The notes: a model not told the origin generated them from the sequence alone. A stretch of 64,000 bases of DNA from Eledone cirrhosa (GCA_964016885.1 OZ024751.1:12090001-12154000), one strand, 5' to 3'. Shown: positions 1 through 14,219, counted from the first letter of the stretch. Numbers and translations: made by a program.

Positions 1-333
1 ATATACATAAATTAAAAAGAAAGAAGAAATTTAAGAAATGTTTAGAAAATTCAACCAATCAAAATGGTAACCCAGTTCGTAACCCCAAAAGCCCATAAGT
101 GGAAAACCTAAACCAAACCCCTCACCATGACTTTGCGCATAACCTTTAACCTTACACTCCAAACTCCTCACCGCGACTCTAGTAGATAAACCAATCAGAT
201 TGAATAATAACGTGATATAAAGCAACCAATGAAAAGACGAGAAATAAAGCTGGTGTTGCCTTTATTAATATTCCCTCACACTCTCCTTTCTAGCCTTATA
301 TTTTCATTATCCCTCTCCCTCACCCTCTCTCTA

Positions 334-417
<84 letters not shown>

Positions 418-420
418 TCC

Positions 421-451
<31 letters not shown>

Positions 452-986
452 CACATATATGTGTCTGTACTTCTAATCTATCTAGTAAATCTTCTTTTAA
501 TTTCAGTGTGTCTTTCTTTATCTATCTATCTATCTTTCTACCTACTTAAATACGTATCTATCTATCTATCTAGAAACATATCTATCTATCTAGCTAGTAA
601 CGTATTTATCTATCTACCTACCTAAATACGTATCTATCTAGCTATCGTTCCTTATATATATATATACATATATATGGTGGCTGCCAACTCGTCTTCGAGT
701 ACGGCCACTACTTTATATCCATGTAGGAGAACCCCTACTGATGCGCTGAACGAGTGTGACTTTTTAGTCCAGCCAGCGACTAAAGACTCAGGTACAAACA
801 CTAGTCTTCTGACAATTATTGACACATAATGCTGGGCCCATGGTATCATTTGACGACAAGAGCAGAGAGATCTCCAGATATAACGCAATGCCTGTGCCGT
901 GAAGCTTTTATAGTGAACGAAGGCATATATATATATATATATATATATAATATAAGATCAAAAGATGGTTAAAGGAGTTCAATATA

Positions 987-1053
987 TTTTATTATGCGCA
1001 TTTCAAAAACAAACATCATCAAACAATAATATTTGTGTTTTCATCAGATAAAA
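987..1053 (-). ncRNA. Minimal type I hammerhead ribozyme (family 1)
   Basis: Reverse complement of the motif at 3211-3277, in the same sense as the GIY-YIG ORF. Confidence 0.8.
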
Positions 1054-2284
1054 CAGGAGAACATGATATGAAGGCTAAAAAAACACTTGTTGATAGTGCA
1101 GTTTTAAATCAACATATGAAAAGTGGTTTTAGATTGATGTGTGATATTGGGAAAAATATTTTATTTAGAGAGGGGGGGAGAGAAAAGGATGAAAAGGGAA
1201 GGAGATGAGAGGGAGAGATGGGTGATAGAGAGAAAGAGATAGTTTTTATAACAGAGAGGAGATATATTTTATATAGAGGGGTTGAAAACCGTTGGAAGAT
1301 ACTGTATAAATTAAAAATTTTGAAAATTAACGAAGGGAGGATATGTGCGAGGAAAAAATATATTATATTTAGGGAGGGGTGGGGGTGGAAAGGATGAAAA
1401 AAAGGGAGGAGATGAGAGTGAAGGTGGAAAGGGAGAGATGGGTGATAGAGAGAAAGAGATAGTTTTTATAACTGAGAAAAAGATATAATGTTTTAATATA
1501 GAGAGGTTGGGAACCGTTGGAAGATAATGTATAAATTAAAGGAATTTGAAAATTAACGAAGGGAAATTATGTATGGAGATAGAGAGAAAAAAATAACGAA
1601 GGGAGATTATGTATGGAGATAGAGAGAAAAAAATAATAATTGTGGGTGAATATTCAAAAGGAGAAATGTAGGAATCTTAAAATTAGCAAAGAGAAAAAGT
1701 TTATGTATAGGATTTGAGAAAAATTTATATTGAATTCATATGTATTAATAATGAGTTCGTTGATGGGGAGAAAAAAATAATAATAATAAATTAAGGATGA
1801 AATTGAGATTAAAAAGATTTATGATAGAGAGAAAAAATAATAATGATTGCGGATGAATACTCAAAATGTCAAAAACAAATGTTATTGTTTTACGAAGAGA
1901 TATAATGAGGGTGATGAGTAAACGGGTATTATAGAGTGTATAATACCCTTTAAAGTAAGGTAGATGGGTATATTTTAAAGAATATATGAGTATATATTAA
2001 AAAAAATATATATAATAATAAATTAAGGATGAAATTGAGATTAAAAAGATTTATGATAGAGGGAAAAAAAAAAAAAAAAAAAAAATAATAATGATTGCGG
2101 ATGAATATTCAAAATGTCAAAAACAAATGTTATTGTTTTACGAGAAGATAGGATGAGGTAAATGAATAAACGAGTACTATAGAGTGTATAATGCCCTTTA
2201 AAGTAAGGTAGATGGGTATATTTTAAAGAGGTGTATGTATATGTGCCTTTGAGAAAAGATTCTAAATTGATAAAGAATTGAATA

Positions 2285-2667
2285 TTAACTGTATACTTTG
2301 TGAAAAGTTCTATGGAATTTATGAAGGCAGATGGAAAACAAATCCGAGCGTCTATTTATTATGGATTCTAGGTTAGAGATAATGGTAAATTTTTCATTTA
2401 GGCAGAGATTACAGATTTTAGATAGAGAACTGTTCAAGTACGAGGATGCAGAAGAAATCTTTTTCCAAAAGATGTTATATTTAATGTTTTTGTCTTTTAA
2501 GGACCATATGAGTTCTGAGAGAGCAGTGTTAGTTCTTTTAAGTTTGTATTTGAAAGATGAATGATGATTATAGAGACGAGCTTTAAAAGAGGTGGAAGTG
2601 GAGCCAAAATAGGTGAAGGAGTTGGTGCTAGTTATAATTTTACATTCATAAATTAAGTTTTTATTTA
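2285..2667 (-). pseudogene. GIY-YIG endonuclease C-terminal domain of a PLE ORF (5'-truncated)
   Basis: NLIYECKI...TYFGSTSTSFKARLYNHHSSF...TALSELIWSLKDKN...CNLCLNEKFTI...NRRSDLFSICLH matches the PLE endonuclease pattern. The ORF's ATG comes from the inverted arm, so it is not a real start. Confidence 0.88.
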
Positions 2668-3210
2668 TTATTTTTTTCTCTCTATCTCCATACATAATTT
2701 CCCTTCGTTAATTTTCAAATTCCTTTAATTTATACATTATCTTCCAACGGTTCCCAACCTCTCTATATTAAAACATTATATCTTTTTCTCAGTTATAAAA
2801 ACTATCTCTTTCTCTCTATCACCCATCTCTCCCTTTCCACCTTCACTCTCATCTCCTCCCTTTTTTTCATCCTTTCCACCCCCACCCCTCCCTAAATATA
2901 ATATATTTTTTCCTCGCACATATCCTCCCTTCGTTAATTTTCAAAATTTTTAATTTATACAGTATCTTCCAACGGTTTTCAACCCCTCTATATAAAATAT
3001 ATCTCCTCTCTGTTATAAAAACTATCTCTTTCTCTCTATCACCCATCTCTCCCTCTCATCTCCTTCCCTTTTCATCCTTTTCTCTCCCCCCCTCTCTAAA
3101 TAAAATATTTTTCCCAATATCACACATCAATCTAAAACCACTTTTCATATGTTGATTTAAAACTGCACTATCAACAAGTGTTTTTTTAGCCTTCATATCA
3201 TGTTCTCCTG

Positions 3211-3277
3211 TTTTATCTGATGAAAACACAAATATTATTGTTTGATGATGTTTGTTTTTGAAATGCGCATAATAAAA
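3211..3277 (+). ncRNA. Minimal type I hammerhead ribozyme (family 1)
   Basis: TTTTAT-CTGATGA-stem II-GAAA-TGCGCA-TA-ATAAAA. Stem I is TTTTAT/ATAAAA, stem III is palindromic, and the predicted site is AUA. Confidence 0.8.
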
Positions 3278-3400
3278 TATATTGAACTCCTTTAACCATC
3301 TTTTGATCTTATATTATGCATACTCCAGTCCCACAAACTGTAGAGTGCTTCTTATCCGATATCTGCATTGCTTTATTGTACTACAATAAAACTCACCTCC

Positions 3401-3492
<92 letters not shown>

Positions 3493-3561
3493 TATATATC
3501 TACCTGTCTCTCTATATATTTTTCTATCTGTGGTTATATATATATATATATATATATATGC

Positions 3562-3592
<31 letters not shown>

Positions 3593-3633
3593 TATATATC
3601 TACCTGTCTCTCTATATATTTTTCTATCTGTGG

Positions 3634-3689
<56 letters not shown>

Positions 3690-3690
<1 letters not shown>

Positions 3691-3881
3691 GGAAAAAGTT
3701 TGACCTCGACGGCAGAGCTCAAGCTGTTTCGACAGCTATTTCTGGACTGAGATAGCCGTCGAAACAGCTTGAGCTCTGTCGTCGGGATCAAACTTTTTCC
3801 TATTACCCACTCTACTACCCTAAGTATTGAGTACTCTGGTACGTTATGGTCCATCTGGTTACTTACCACACCTCCTTCGTT
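3690..3881 (+). mobile_element. Short hairpin-plus-tail element (probable PLE 3' end, family T)
   Basis: ~50-bp inverted arms (3690-3801) plus an 80-bp tail, flanked by (TA)n. Homologues at 30794, 38762, 57843, 14448 and 15206. Confidence 0.7.
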
Positions 3882-4039
3882 ATATATATATATATATATA
3901 TTTAACTAACTATCTATCTATACTCCCCTCTCTCTATATATGTTGAAACATATTAGTATTTGAATTATTGAGTTATCCTAAATTTATTTTATTTTATTTA
4001 TGTCATTTTATTTAAGAATTTTTTATATTTTGATTTTAT

Positions 4040-4410
4040 ACAAATCTTTTGTTTTTAGTTGACTATTGTCTTGTTGTTTGTTGTTGTGGTGGTGGTCGTG
4101 TTGGTGGAGGTGGTGGTGATGATTGAGGTTGAGGTCTTGTTGCTGGTTGTGCTGGTGGTAGTGGGGGCGGTGTTGGTTGTATTCGTGGTTGTGATGTTGG
4201 TGGTTGCGGTGGTTGTGTTGGCTGTGGTCATGGTTGTGGTGGTGTTTGTCCTGTTGGTGGTGGTGCTGGTTGTGGTGTTAGTGGTAGTGGTGGTTTGCCT
4301 GTTGTTGGTGGTTCTGTTTGTGGTGCTGGTTGTGTAGGTTGTGGTAGTTGTGGTTGTTGTGGTAGTCATCGTCTTGGTCACGGTTGTGATTGTGGTGGTG
4401 CTGTTGGTAT
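4040..4410. repeat. Degenerate (GTG/GTT)n triplet repeat
   Basis: GT-rich triplets that translate as poly-Val or poly-Thr. Confidence 0.85.
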
Positions 4411-5166
4411 TAATCTTCTCTAGCTCCAACTCACGTCCAAATCCACCAGATTTAAAGACGTTCCAGATATGAACATCCTGTTTTGATTCCTTCGTTCCAG
4501 ATATTACGTACAGTTATTATCCAAAGTCTTCTATAGCATTATCATATCGATACCATTTACTTAATGTTTCAAACATGTGTACATATTTCGTCCATCCCTA
4601 CTTGTCGAACAGCTACGTTACATGACATAAGCAAATAATAAGCACACTTACAGAGTTAGGGACACTGTTTCATGAGAGAGCCAAGCACACATTGCTCCTT
4701 CTTCAAGCACGAATCTCTCATCACATTTAGGCAGCAGATATCGGCAATTCGTGAAACTAGAACATGGGAGACTCTAAAAAAACCCTATATATTCAATAGA
4801 ATGGAATCTCGAAAGGTTCACTGATACAGACAGACGTTTCGACAGTATTCCCCGTACGACACATTCTCCATACCAAAGTTAAAGGAAGGGGCAAAGGAGG
4901 CACACAAGGAAAATCCTGGTTCTAAAACAGCAAGAACAGGACTCACTCGGCAGAGCGTATATTTGTAAAACGTTCTAGTATGGCACGACAACGACTAACA
5001 TGGACATACACGGGAGGGATGATGGTGAAGAAGACGTCCACGACACCGATGGAAACGATGATGACGACGACGACGACGACGATGTTGATGATGATGGTGA
5101 TATATATATATATGTTGATACCATCAACACCATAAACACAGAGCTGGCATATCTAAGAACTGACTA

Positions 5167-5222
5167 ACTGCCTGATGAGATCATAGCCATTCAATGGCTA
5201 TCACCGAAATACATATAGCAGT
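5167..5222 (+). ncRNA. Minimal type I hammerhead ribozyme (family 2) within dispersed repeat 5116-5270
   Basis: ACTGC-CTGATGA-(ATAGCCAT/ATGGCTAT stem II)-GAAA-TACATA-TA-GCAGT, followed by AATAAA. A homologue lies at 31239. Confidence 0.78.
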
Positions 5223-5299
5223 AAATAAAGGATTATGAGTTCATGCAATTGACTTATGTTCCGTCACTCTATATATATATATGTGTGTGTGTGTTGGTA

Positions 5300-5430
5300 C
5301 GTATAGCTGTTGAAATGGCAAGAGTTCAGCCGTCGGGGGAACGACTCACTATAATATAACCAAAATCTATAGCCCCAACTATCGAGTGCTCTGTTGAATA
5401 ATGATCTAATCATTTTCAAACTGCAATTGG
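5300..5430 (+). mobile_element. Diverged family-T-related fragment
   Basis: TAGCTGTTGAAATGGCAAGAGTTCAGCCGTCGG...TATCGAGTG resembles 38518-38643 and the right arm of family T. Confidence 0.55.
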
Positions 5431-5829
5431 ACTCTTTAAGATGTTTTATTTACAATCATTCTTAACGTTACCGGTTTCACGGTTTTATGATCTTCAAAAG
5501 TTAGGAGAGTTGGGGAAATGTGTGGCTTTGCCGACATATAATTTCTACAGGAGTGGAACTATGTCATTCGTATGAAATCATTATACATGACTGAAGCGCT
5601 TTTAGTCCTGTAGAGGACATTTCTGTATATACTAGTGAAGCCTATACTCTACTAATGTATTGAGTACCCCTTTTAACTTTGGTTGGCTCCCGGCACCACT
5701 CGGGGCCCAATGCATAGACATATCCATGATCTCCAGCAGACAACTGACGAAAGGGAAATTATCCCCCGTTCGTGCTTTCATAAATACACTTCATCCAGAA
5801 ACAACACAGTCCCTGTTCCTTCACAGATA

Positions 5830-6026
5830 TATATATATATATATAAAAGAATATGTATATGTTTGTATATATGCATATTAAATACAGTATATATGTATAT
5901 ATAATTTGTAAATGTTTGTGTGTGTGTGTATATATATATATACATATATATATATATGAGAATATTATATGTTTGTATATATGCATATTAAATACTGTAT
6001 ATATGTATATATAATTTGTAAATGTT

Positions 6027-6121
<95 letters not shown>

Positions 6122-6207
6122 TATGAGAATATTATATGTTTGTATATATGCATATTAAATACTGTATATATGTATATATAATTTGTAAATGTTTGTGTGT
6201 GTGTGTG

Positions 6208-6246
<39 letters not shown>

Positions 6247-6318
6247 GAGAATATTATATGTTTGTATATATGCATATTAAATAATGTATACATGTATATA
6301 TAATTTGTAAATGTTTGG

Positions 6319-6371
<53 letters not shown>

Positions 6372-6451
6372 ATATATATATATGAGATATTATATGTTTG
6401 TATATATGCATATTAAATAATGTATACATGTATATATAATTTGTAAATGTT

Positions 6452-6488
<37 letters not shown>

Positions 6489-6690
6489 TAATATATAAGA
6501 ATATTATATTTTTGTATATATCCATATTAAATAATGTATACATGTATTATATATAATTTGTAAATGTTTGAGTGTGTGTGTGTGTATATATATATAAGAA
6601 TATTATATGTTTGTATATATCCATATTAAATAATGTATCATGTATATATAATTTTTAAATGTTTGTGTGTATATATATATATATTGGATA
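5830..6690. repeat. Compound minisatellite, about 7 units of ~110-170 bp
   Basis: GAATATTATATGTTTGTATATATGCATATTAAATA...ATAATTTGTAAATGTTTG(TG)n(TA)n is repeated in tandem. Confidence 0.9.
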
Positions 6691-6879
6691 TATGTGTATG
6701 TATGTGTGTGTATGCGGTGCATGTGTTTTCATTACGCATTTTGCTCCTTTAAATGTATTCTCGTTGATCTTACGTCATGTAAAAGAGCATGGCAACCTAA
6801 CTATATAATACAATGTAGGGACATCACCCAGGTCATAATCCCCACCATATGGAGCTAATAAACCAACAATAAACTTCAA

Positions 6880-7765
6880 GAGCAGCAACACGAACAACAA
6901 CAACAACGACAACAACAAAATCTAACATGACGAGCAACAACAACAACTAACAAAATGAACAGCAGTAGCAACAACAACTAGCAACAACAAATATAACAAT
7001 AACTAACAACATGAACAGCAGTAGCAACAACAACAACAACAAAAACCTAACAACAACATGAACAGCAGTAGCAACAACAACAAAAACCTAACAACAACAT
7101 GAGCAGCAGTAGCAACAACAACAACAACAACAACAAAACTTAACAACTACACCAACAGCAGTAGCAACAACAACAACAACAACAACAAAACTTAACAACT
7201 ACACCAACAGCAGTAGCAACAACAACAACAACAAACTTAACTACACGAACAGCAGTAGCAACAACAACAACAACAAAACTTAACAACTACACCAATAGCA
7301 GTAGCAACAACAACAACAACAAACTTAACTACACGAACAGCAGTAGCAACAACAACAACAACAACAACACGAACGAGCAGTAGCAACAACAACCACAACA
7401 ACAAAACTTACCAACTACACCAACAGCAGTAGCAACAACAACAACAACAAACTTAACTACACGAACAGCAGTAGCAACAACAATAACAACAACCACAACA
7501 ACAACAAAACTTAACAACTACACAACAGCAGTAGCAGCAACAACACAACAAACTTAACTACACGAACAATAACAACAACCACAACAACAAAACTTAACAA
7601 CAATACGAACAGCAGTAGCAACAACAACAACAACAACACAACAAAACTTAACAACTACACGAACAGCAGTAGCAACAACAACAACTAACAACAACAGGAA
7701 CAGCAGCAACAACAAGAACAAAATTAAAGAAAAACATGAACAGCAACAACACAACAAAAAATAAC

Positions 7766-7800
<35 letters not shown>

Positions 7801-7820
7801 TAACAATAATGATAATAATA
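6880..7820. repeat. (CAA)n-derived variable minisatellite ending in (AAT)n
   Basis: Repeats of AGCAGTAGC(AAC)nAAAACTTAACAACTACAC. Confidence 0.9.
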
Positions 7821-8322
7821 AGAGGAAGACAAGCCATTTTTTATTTAAAAAAAAAAACAGATTTAGGTGTCCACTTGAAAGACATATACCAGACGGCTAT
7901 GCACACAATATGTGCATGTATATCCTATTAAAACGCAATTGCATAATAATTGCAACCTCCTGCTCTATATTTCCTTTTATGGTAATATTGATGACGTCAG
8001 TTTTCCTTTGATTTAAACTTAGTTTATTTTTTTATACTCTTTAATAAATATATATATATATGTAAATTTTTGTTTTCTTTTAAAAGCAAACTGTGATTCT
8101 AAGTGTGTGGTGAGTGTGCGTGCGTGTGTATGTGGATGCGTGGGGTGTGAGCGTGTATGAATTTATGTATGTCTTTGTGTGTGTATGTGTGGATAGGTGT
8201 GTGTGTGCATGATTGTGTATGTGCGCATATAACCGTATGTAAATTTCATGAGTGCAAACCTTTTTTAATGCTTGTCTTTCCCTTTTTCCGTTCGCCTTTG
8301 TTGTGTATGTGTGTGTGTATCT

Positions 8323-8522
8323 NNNNNNNNNNNNNNNNNNNNNNNNNNNNNNNNNNNNNNNNNNNNNNNNNNNNNNNNNNNNNNNNNNNNNNNNNNNNNN
8401 NNNNNNNNNNNNNNNNNNNNNNNNNNNNNNNNNNNNNNNNNNNNNNNNNNNNNNNNNNNNNNNNNNNNNNNNNNNNNNNNNNNNNNNNNNNNNNNNNNNN
8501 NNNNNNNNNNNNNNNNNNNNNN
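8323..8522. other. Assembly gap (200 N)
   Basis: Run of N. Confidence 1.
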
Positions 8523-8661
8523 TTTAACGGTGTTGATCCCTTAATGAGCAGATTTCCAACAAATGACATTCCAAATTTGACATTCCTCTCTTTATTTTAC
8601 CTTAACTCTACAACTTCTGTGTTCTGCAATTTCTCCTTTACGTTCTTAATATTTGGAAGAT

Positions 8662-8896
8662 GTAGGGCGGTGGATTGGCAGAATCTTTTAGAGCGTTGAA
8701 CAAAATACTTTATAGCATTTGTTACAAGTATTTTCTTTACATCTCTAACTCCAAATTCCTGCCTAGTTCAACTTTGACTTCATCCTTCTAAGAGTAGATG
8801 CAATTGATTATCAGTTAAAGCACTGGATCAATTTTATCAATTTAATCGATTTTCACCTATTCAAAAATTGCTGAATTGGTCCCTAAAGTAGACATC
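8662..8896 (+). mobile_element. Old, degenerate tRNA-derived SINE (family S1 relative)
   Basis: Head GGCGGTGGATTGGCAGAATC, decayed core CAACTTTGACTTCATCCTT and tail CCTAAAGTAGA. Confidence 0.6.
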
Positions 8897-9922
8897 GTTA
8901 TTTGACGATGATATAGATGATATTATTAGCATATCAAACAACCATGGGAAGTTCCGTCGGATTTTCACCATATGCAGAGCATCCAGATGTCCAATCATAT
9001 CCCTTTTCAAGACGAATAAGGTCAACTTTGAGGGGACATTTAACTAGTATATCTCGCAAATCGAGATATTCTATAGAAAATGTTAAAACAAATATCGAAG
9101 CATTATATAGCTGTCGCCTCTGACGATATTGCCACGTAACCACCTTAAGGTGAAAGACAGAACCTAAACAAATCGTATTATATTTCTGGGTACCACAGTT
9201 TTTTCAGAAGGTCAGAATCACATAGGAATCAATAAAAAGAGAACAAGGTAAACAAGGAAGATGATTGTAACATTGTTTAAAACGATCAATTACCCTGGAT
9301 TCTCTCAGGAGCAAAGAGGTTGATGTACGGCACACGCTTATAAATTAAAAGCAATAAAGTTACCGCTTACAAAATTGATATTTCAAATAACATGAGCTTT
9401 AAATAAGAACAAAAATAAAGTCAGTAAAAACTCTATTCCGTTCGTATATATTATTTCAGAAAATATATACAATAAATATATGACAAACGACCAGCAAAAA
9501 AAACCCCAAAGACATAAAAAAATTAAAAGACTCTCTCATAGGAACCATAAAAATAGACAGGAATCGATTATGTAAAAAAAAAAAAAAAATACTGTCTTCA
9601 ATTATTCGACAACTAACCAGTTGAAGAATTCGACTTGATAAAATATTGGAAGAACATTATATTTCAAACAGGCATTTCATATGCAGAAAGTGCACATTAC
9701 ATAAAACTTGGTATTTACTGGATTTGCTACTCAGCCGTAAAAATGCTATAAATTTACAAAAGAATTCCACTTTTATATTTCGTATATATTTTTAGATTTT
9801 TGTTATTGCTGTAGTTGTTGTTGCTGTTGTTGCTGTTTTTGTTGTACTGCATCTTGCGGCTTGCATGTGTTATGTATCTCAATGGTAATCAATATTCACG
9901 TTTCCTTTCAATCTCTATCTCT

Positions 9923-9995
<73 letters not shown>

Positions 9996-10047
9996 ATACA
10001 TATAAATAAATATATACATACATGTGTATATGTATAGATATCTACAT

Positions 10048-10080
<33 letters not shown>

Positions 10081-10242
10081 ATACACACATACTTGTATAT
10101 ATGTATATATATACATACTTGAATATAGAGAAGTCGAGGGGGTTTCAGTCAGGCGAGCATACATGCATACTTGAATATATTCATATATATATATATACTT
10201 ACTTGATAATATATATATATATATATACTTACTTGAATATAA

Positions 10243-10288
<46 letters not shown>

Positions 10289-11084
10289 GATATATATATA
10301 CTTACTTGAATATAAATATATATATATATATATATGTATATATATGTATATATATAATATATAATATATATATATATATAATATATATGCACAAAAGACA
10401 TGAATATATATAGATATGCACTGCTCATATTGGTGGTGGGTGGTGATGGGGTATGCTATTAAATGTGGTGGGGTTCTTTACTGATCAAGATATATCATCA
10501 TCATCCACACTCACCAAGATTGACATCATCATTATTATTACGATTTTATTATTATTATTATCATCATTATTACTTTTATATTATTATCAATATTATTATT
10601 ATTGTTGTTGTTGTTGTTTTTATTATTATTATTATATTATCGTGTAACCTTTGTAACCTTTATCAATTAATTGCTGTATCTCAATGATTTAAAAATGTTA
10701 AATTCGCGGAAGATTCTAAACATCAATTCACCATTACTAAAGTCATCCATACTTATTTAATTTCATCGTTCACTGATTAACATTTAAGATCCGATAGGAA
10801 ATTTACACATGTGTTGCTTCATAACATTGTTTGAGTGTGTGTGTGTATACATATATATATATAAGTAAATACATACATATATGCATATAAAATGATCAAA
10901 TATGTGTATATATGGGTTTGTATGCATACTTTTACTTTTTTATATATATTTGTGTATATGTATATATAACTGTAAATACATATATATATGCATATAAAAT
11001 GATCAAATGTGTGTACATATCTGTTTCTACATATACTTTAACTTAAATAAAAAATGTGTGTGTGTATGTATATATGTGTGTGTG

Positions 11085-11131
<47 letters not shown>

Positions 11132-11140
11132 ATATATATT

Positions 11141-11194
<54 letters not shown>

Positions 11195-11240
11195 ATGTAT
11201 ATATATATTTGTGTGTGTATATATATATTTGTGTGTGTAT

Positions 11241-11352
<112 letters not shown>

Positions 11353-11761
11353 GACATACACACGGAGATATACAGAGAGAGAGAGAGGGGGGTGAGATAG
11401 AGATGTGTGTGTTTGTATGTATTCGTGTGTATGTATGAATCTATATAGATTCTGTAAGCTTCTGCATATACATTACATATATAATTATATATATTTAAAC
11501 GTGTAATAATATTAATAAACACGAATAATAATACCTATAAATTTACACCTATATATATGCTCCCAGCATCTGACTTTTTAGATGTGAATACATTAACAAT
11601 GTGTTTCCGCTTGGTCTAATCTGAACTTTATATTTCGAGTTCACAGCACCGTAGTAAATCTTAACTTGTTGGCCGTGATTCCATCATGCCGTTCAAACTT
11701 ATTTCGTAACAGCATTATGTTTCGTTATATATCTAATACATTGCAGTACAGTGTATCATAC

Positions 11762-11805
<44 letters not shown>

Positions 11806-12246
11806 CTGTGTACGTAAGTACATACGTATGTATATATGTCTGTCTGCCTATATGCATTTATGGTTGAATATTTATATATATATATATATTCAACCATAAA
11901 TGTATATAGACAGACAGATGTTATACATACGTATGTACATACGTACATACATATCTATGTGCATATATACATACTTACAATTATATATATATATACTTAC
12001 ATACATATGTATATATATATACATAGACAGCTACATACATGCATAGATACATAGACACTGACATATGTATATATATACATAGATGCATACATACACAAAA
12101 ATGGTGTATTTATTTATATATGTATGCGACTTTGCTTTAATTTGTGCGACTATATATTACAATTGAGATACGATTTTCTTGAGATAGTAATTTGGTAAAA
12201 ATATACATCGCATTCCTTTGTTGCTAACGGATTTATGCTGCTATGT

Positions 12247-12760
<514 letters not shown>

Positions 12761-12906
12761 TATATATATAAATATATAATGTAGGAGGTGAGTTTTATTG
12801 TAGTACAATAAAGCAATGCAGATATCGGATAAGAAGCACTCTACAGTTTGTAGGACTGGAGTATGCATAATATAAGATCAAAAGATGGTTAAAGGAGTTC
12901 CATGTA

Positions 12907-12973
12907 TTTTATTATGCGCATTTCAAAAACAAACATCATCATGCAATAATATTTGTGTTTTCATCAGATAAAA
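12907..12973 (-). ncRNA. Hammerhead ribozyme (family 1)
   Basis: Intact CTGATGA and GAAA-TGCGCA-TA core on the minus strand. Confidence 0.8.
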
Positions 12974-14065
12974 CAGGAGAACATGATATGAAGGCTAAAA
13001 AACACTTGTGGATAGTGCAGTTTTAAATCAACATATGAAAAGTGGTTTTAGATTGATGTGTGATATTGGGAAAAAATATTTTATTTAGAGAGGGGGGGGG
13101 GTTGGAAAGGATGAAAAGGGAAGGAGATGAGAGGGAGAGATGGGTGATAGAGAGAAAGAGATAGTTTTTATAACTGAGAGGAGATATATTTTTTACATAG
13201 AGAGGTTGAAACCGTTGGAAGATACTGTATAAATTAAAAATTTTGAAAATTAACGAAGGGAGGATATGTGCGAGGAAAAAATATTTTATTTAGGGAGGGG
13301 GGGATGAAAAAAAGGGGGAGGAGATGAGAGTGAAGGTGGAGAGGGAGAGATGGGTGATAGAGAGAAAGAGATAGTTTTTATAACTGAGAAAAAGATATAT
13401 TGTTTTAACATAGAGAGGTTGGGAACCGTTGGAAGATAATGTATAAATTAAAGGAATTTGAAAATTAACGAAGGGAAATTATGTATGAAGATAGAGAGAA
13501 AAAAATAATAATTGTGGATGAATATTCTAACGTCAAAAAAAGAAATGTATATATTGTGGCAATTTCAAAGTTAACGAAGAGAAAAATTATTAAGGTTTGT
13601 GTGTAGAAGGATTTGAGAAAAATAATGTGAAGTTAAAGTTTGTATATTGGTTGAATTGATAATATATGCGAATAAAGAGTTAATATGTATTAATAATGAG
13701 TTCGTTGATGGGGATCTCCTCCCCCTTTTTTTTCATCCCCCCCTCCCTAAATAAAATATTTTTTCCTCGCACATATCCTCCCTTCGTTAATTTTCAAAAT
13801 TTTTAATTTATACAGTATCTTCCAACGGTTTTCAACCTCTCTATGTAAAAATATATCTCCTCTCAGTTATAAAAACTATCTCTTTCTCTCTATCACCCAT
13901 CTCTCCCTCTCATCTCCTTCCCTTTTCATCCTTTCCAACCCCCCCCCTCTCTAAATAAAATATTTTTTCCCAATATCACACATCAATCTAAAACCACTTT
14001 TCATATGTTGATTTAAAACTGTACTATCCACAAGTGTTTTTTAGCCTTCATATCATGTTCTCCTG

Positions 14066-14132
14066 TTTTATCTGATGAAAACACAAATATTATTGCATGA
14101 TGATGTTTGATTTTGAAATGCGCATAATAAAA
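14066..14132 (+). ncRNA. Hammerhead ribozyme (family 1)
   Basis: TTTTAT CTGATGA...GAAA TGCGCA TA ATAAAA. Confidence 0.78.
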
Positions 14133-14219
14133 TACATGAAACTCCTTTAACCATCTTTTGATCTTATATATAAATATATATATACATATATATATATATA
14201 CACATATATATATATATAT

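Larger units (their letters stand above)
947..3403 (-). mobile_element. 5'-truncated Penelope-like element (Neptune-like) with inverted pseudo-LTRs
   Basis: Near-perfect ~650-bp inverted arms (947-1596 and 2668-3317) enclose a minus-strand GIY-YIG domain. Each arm has an HHR, the right arm has an ~85-bp extra tail (3318-3403), and both ends are in (TA)n. Confidence 0.9.
12781..14166 (-). mobile_element. Second family-1 PLE copy, UTR only, with inverted arms
   Basis: Homologous to 947-3403. The tail is on the left (12781-12868), the arms are ~12870-13325 and 13714-14166, and both ends are in (TA)n. Confidence 0.88.

Noticed and set aside
4540-4830. Possible highly decayed GIY-YIG relic
   Set aside because: It needs several frameshifts and cannot be supported by eye.
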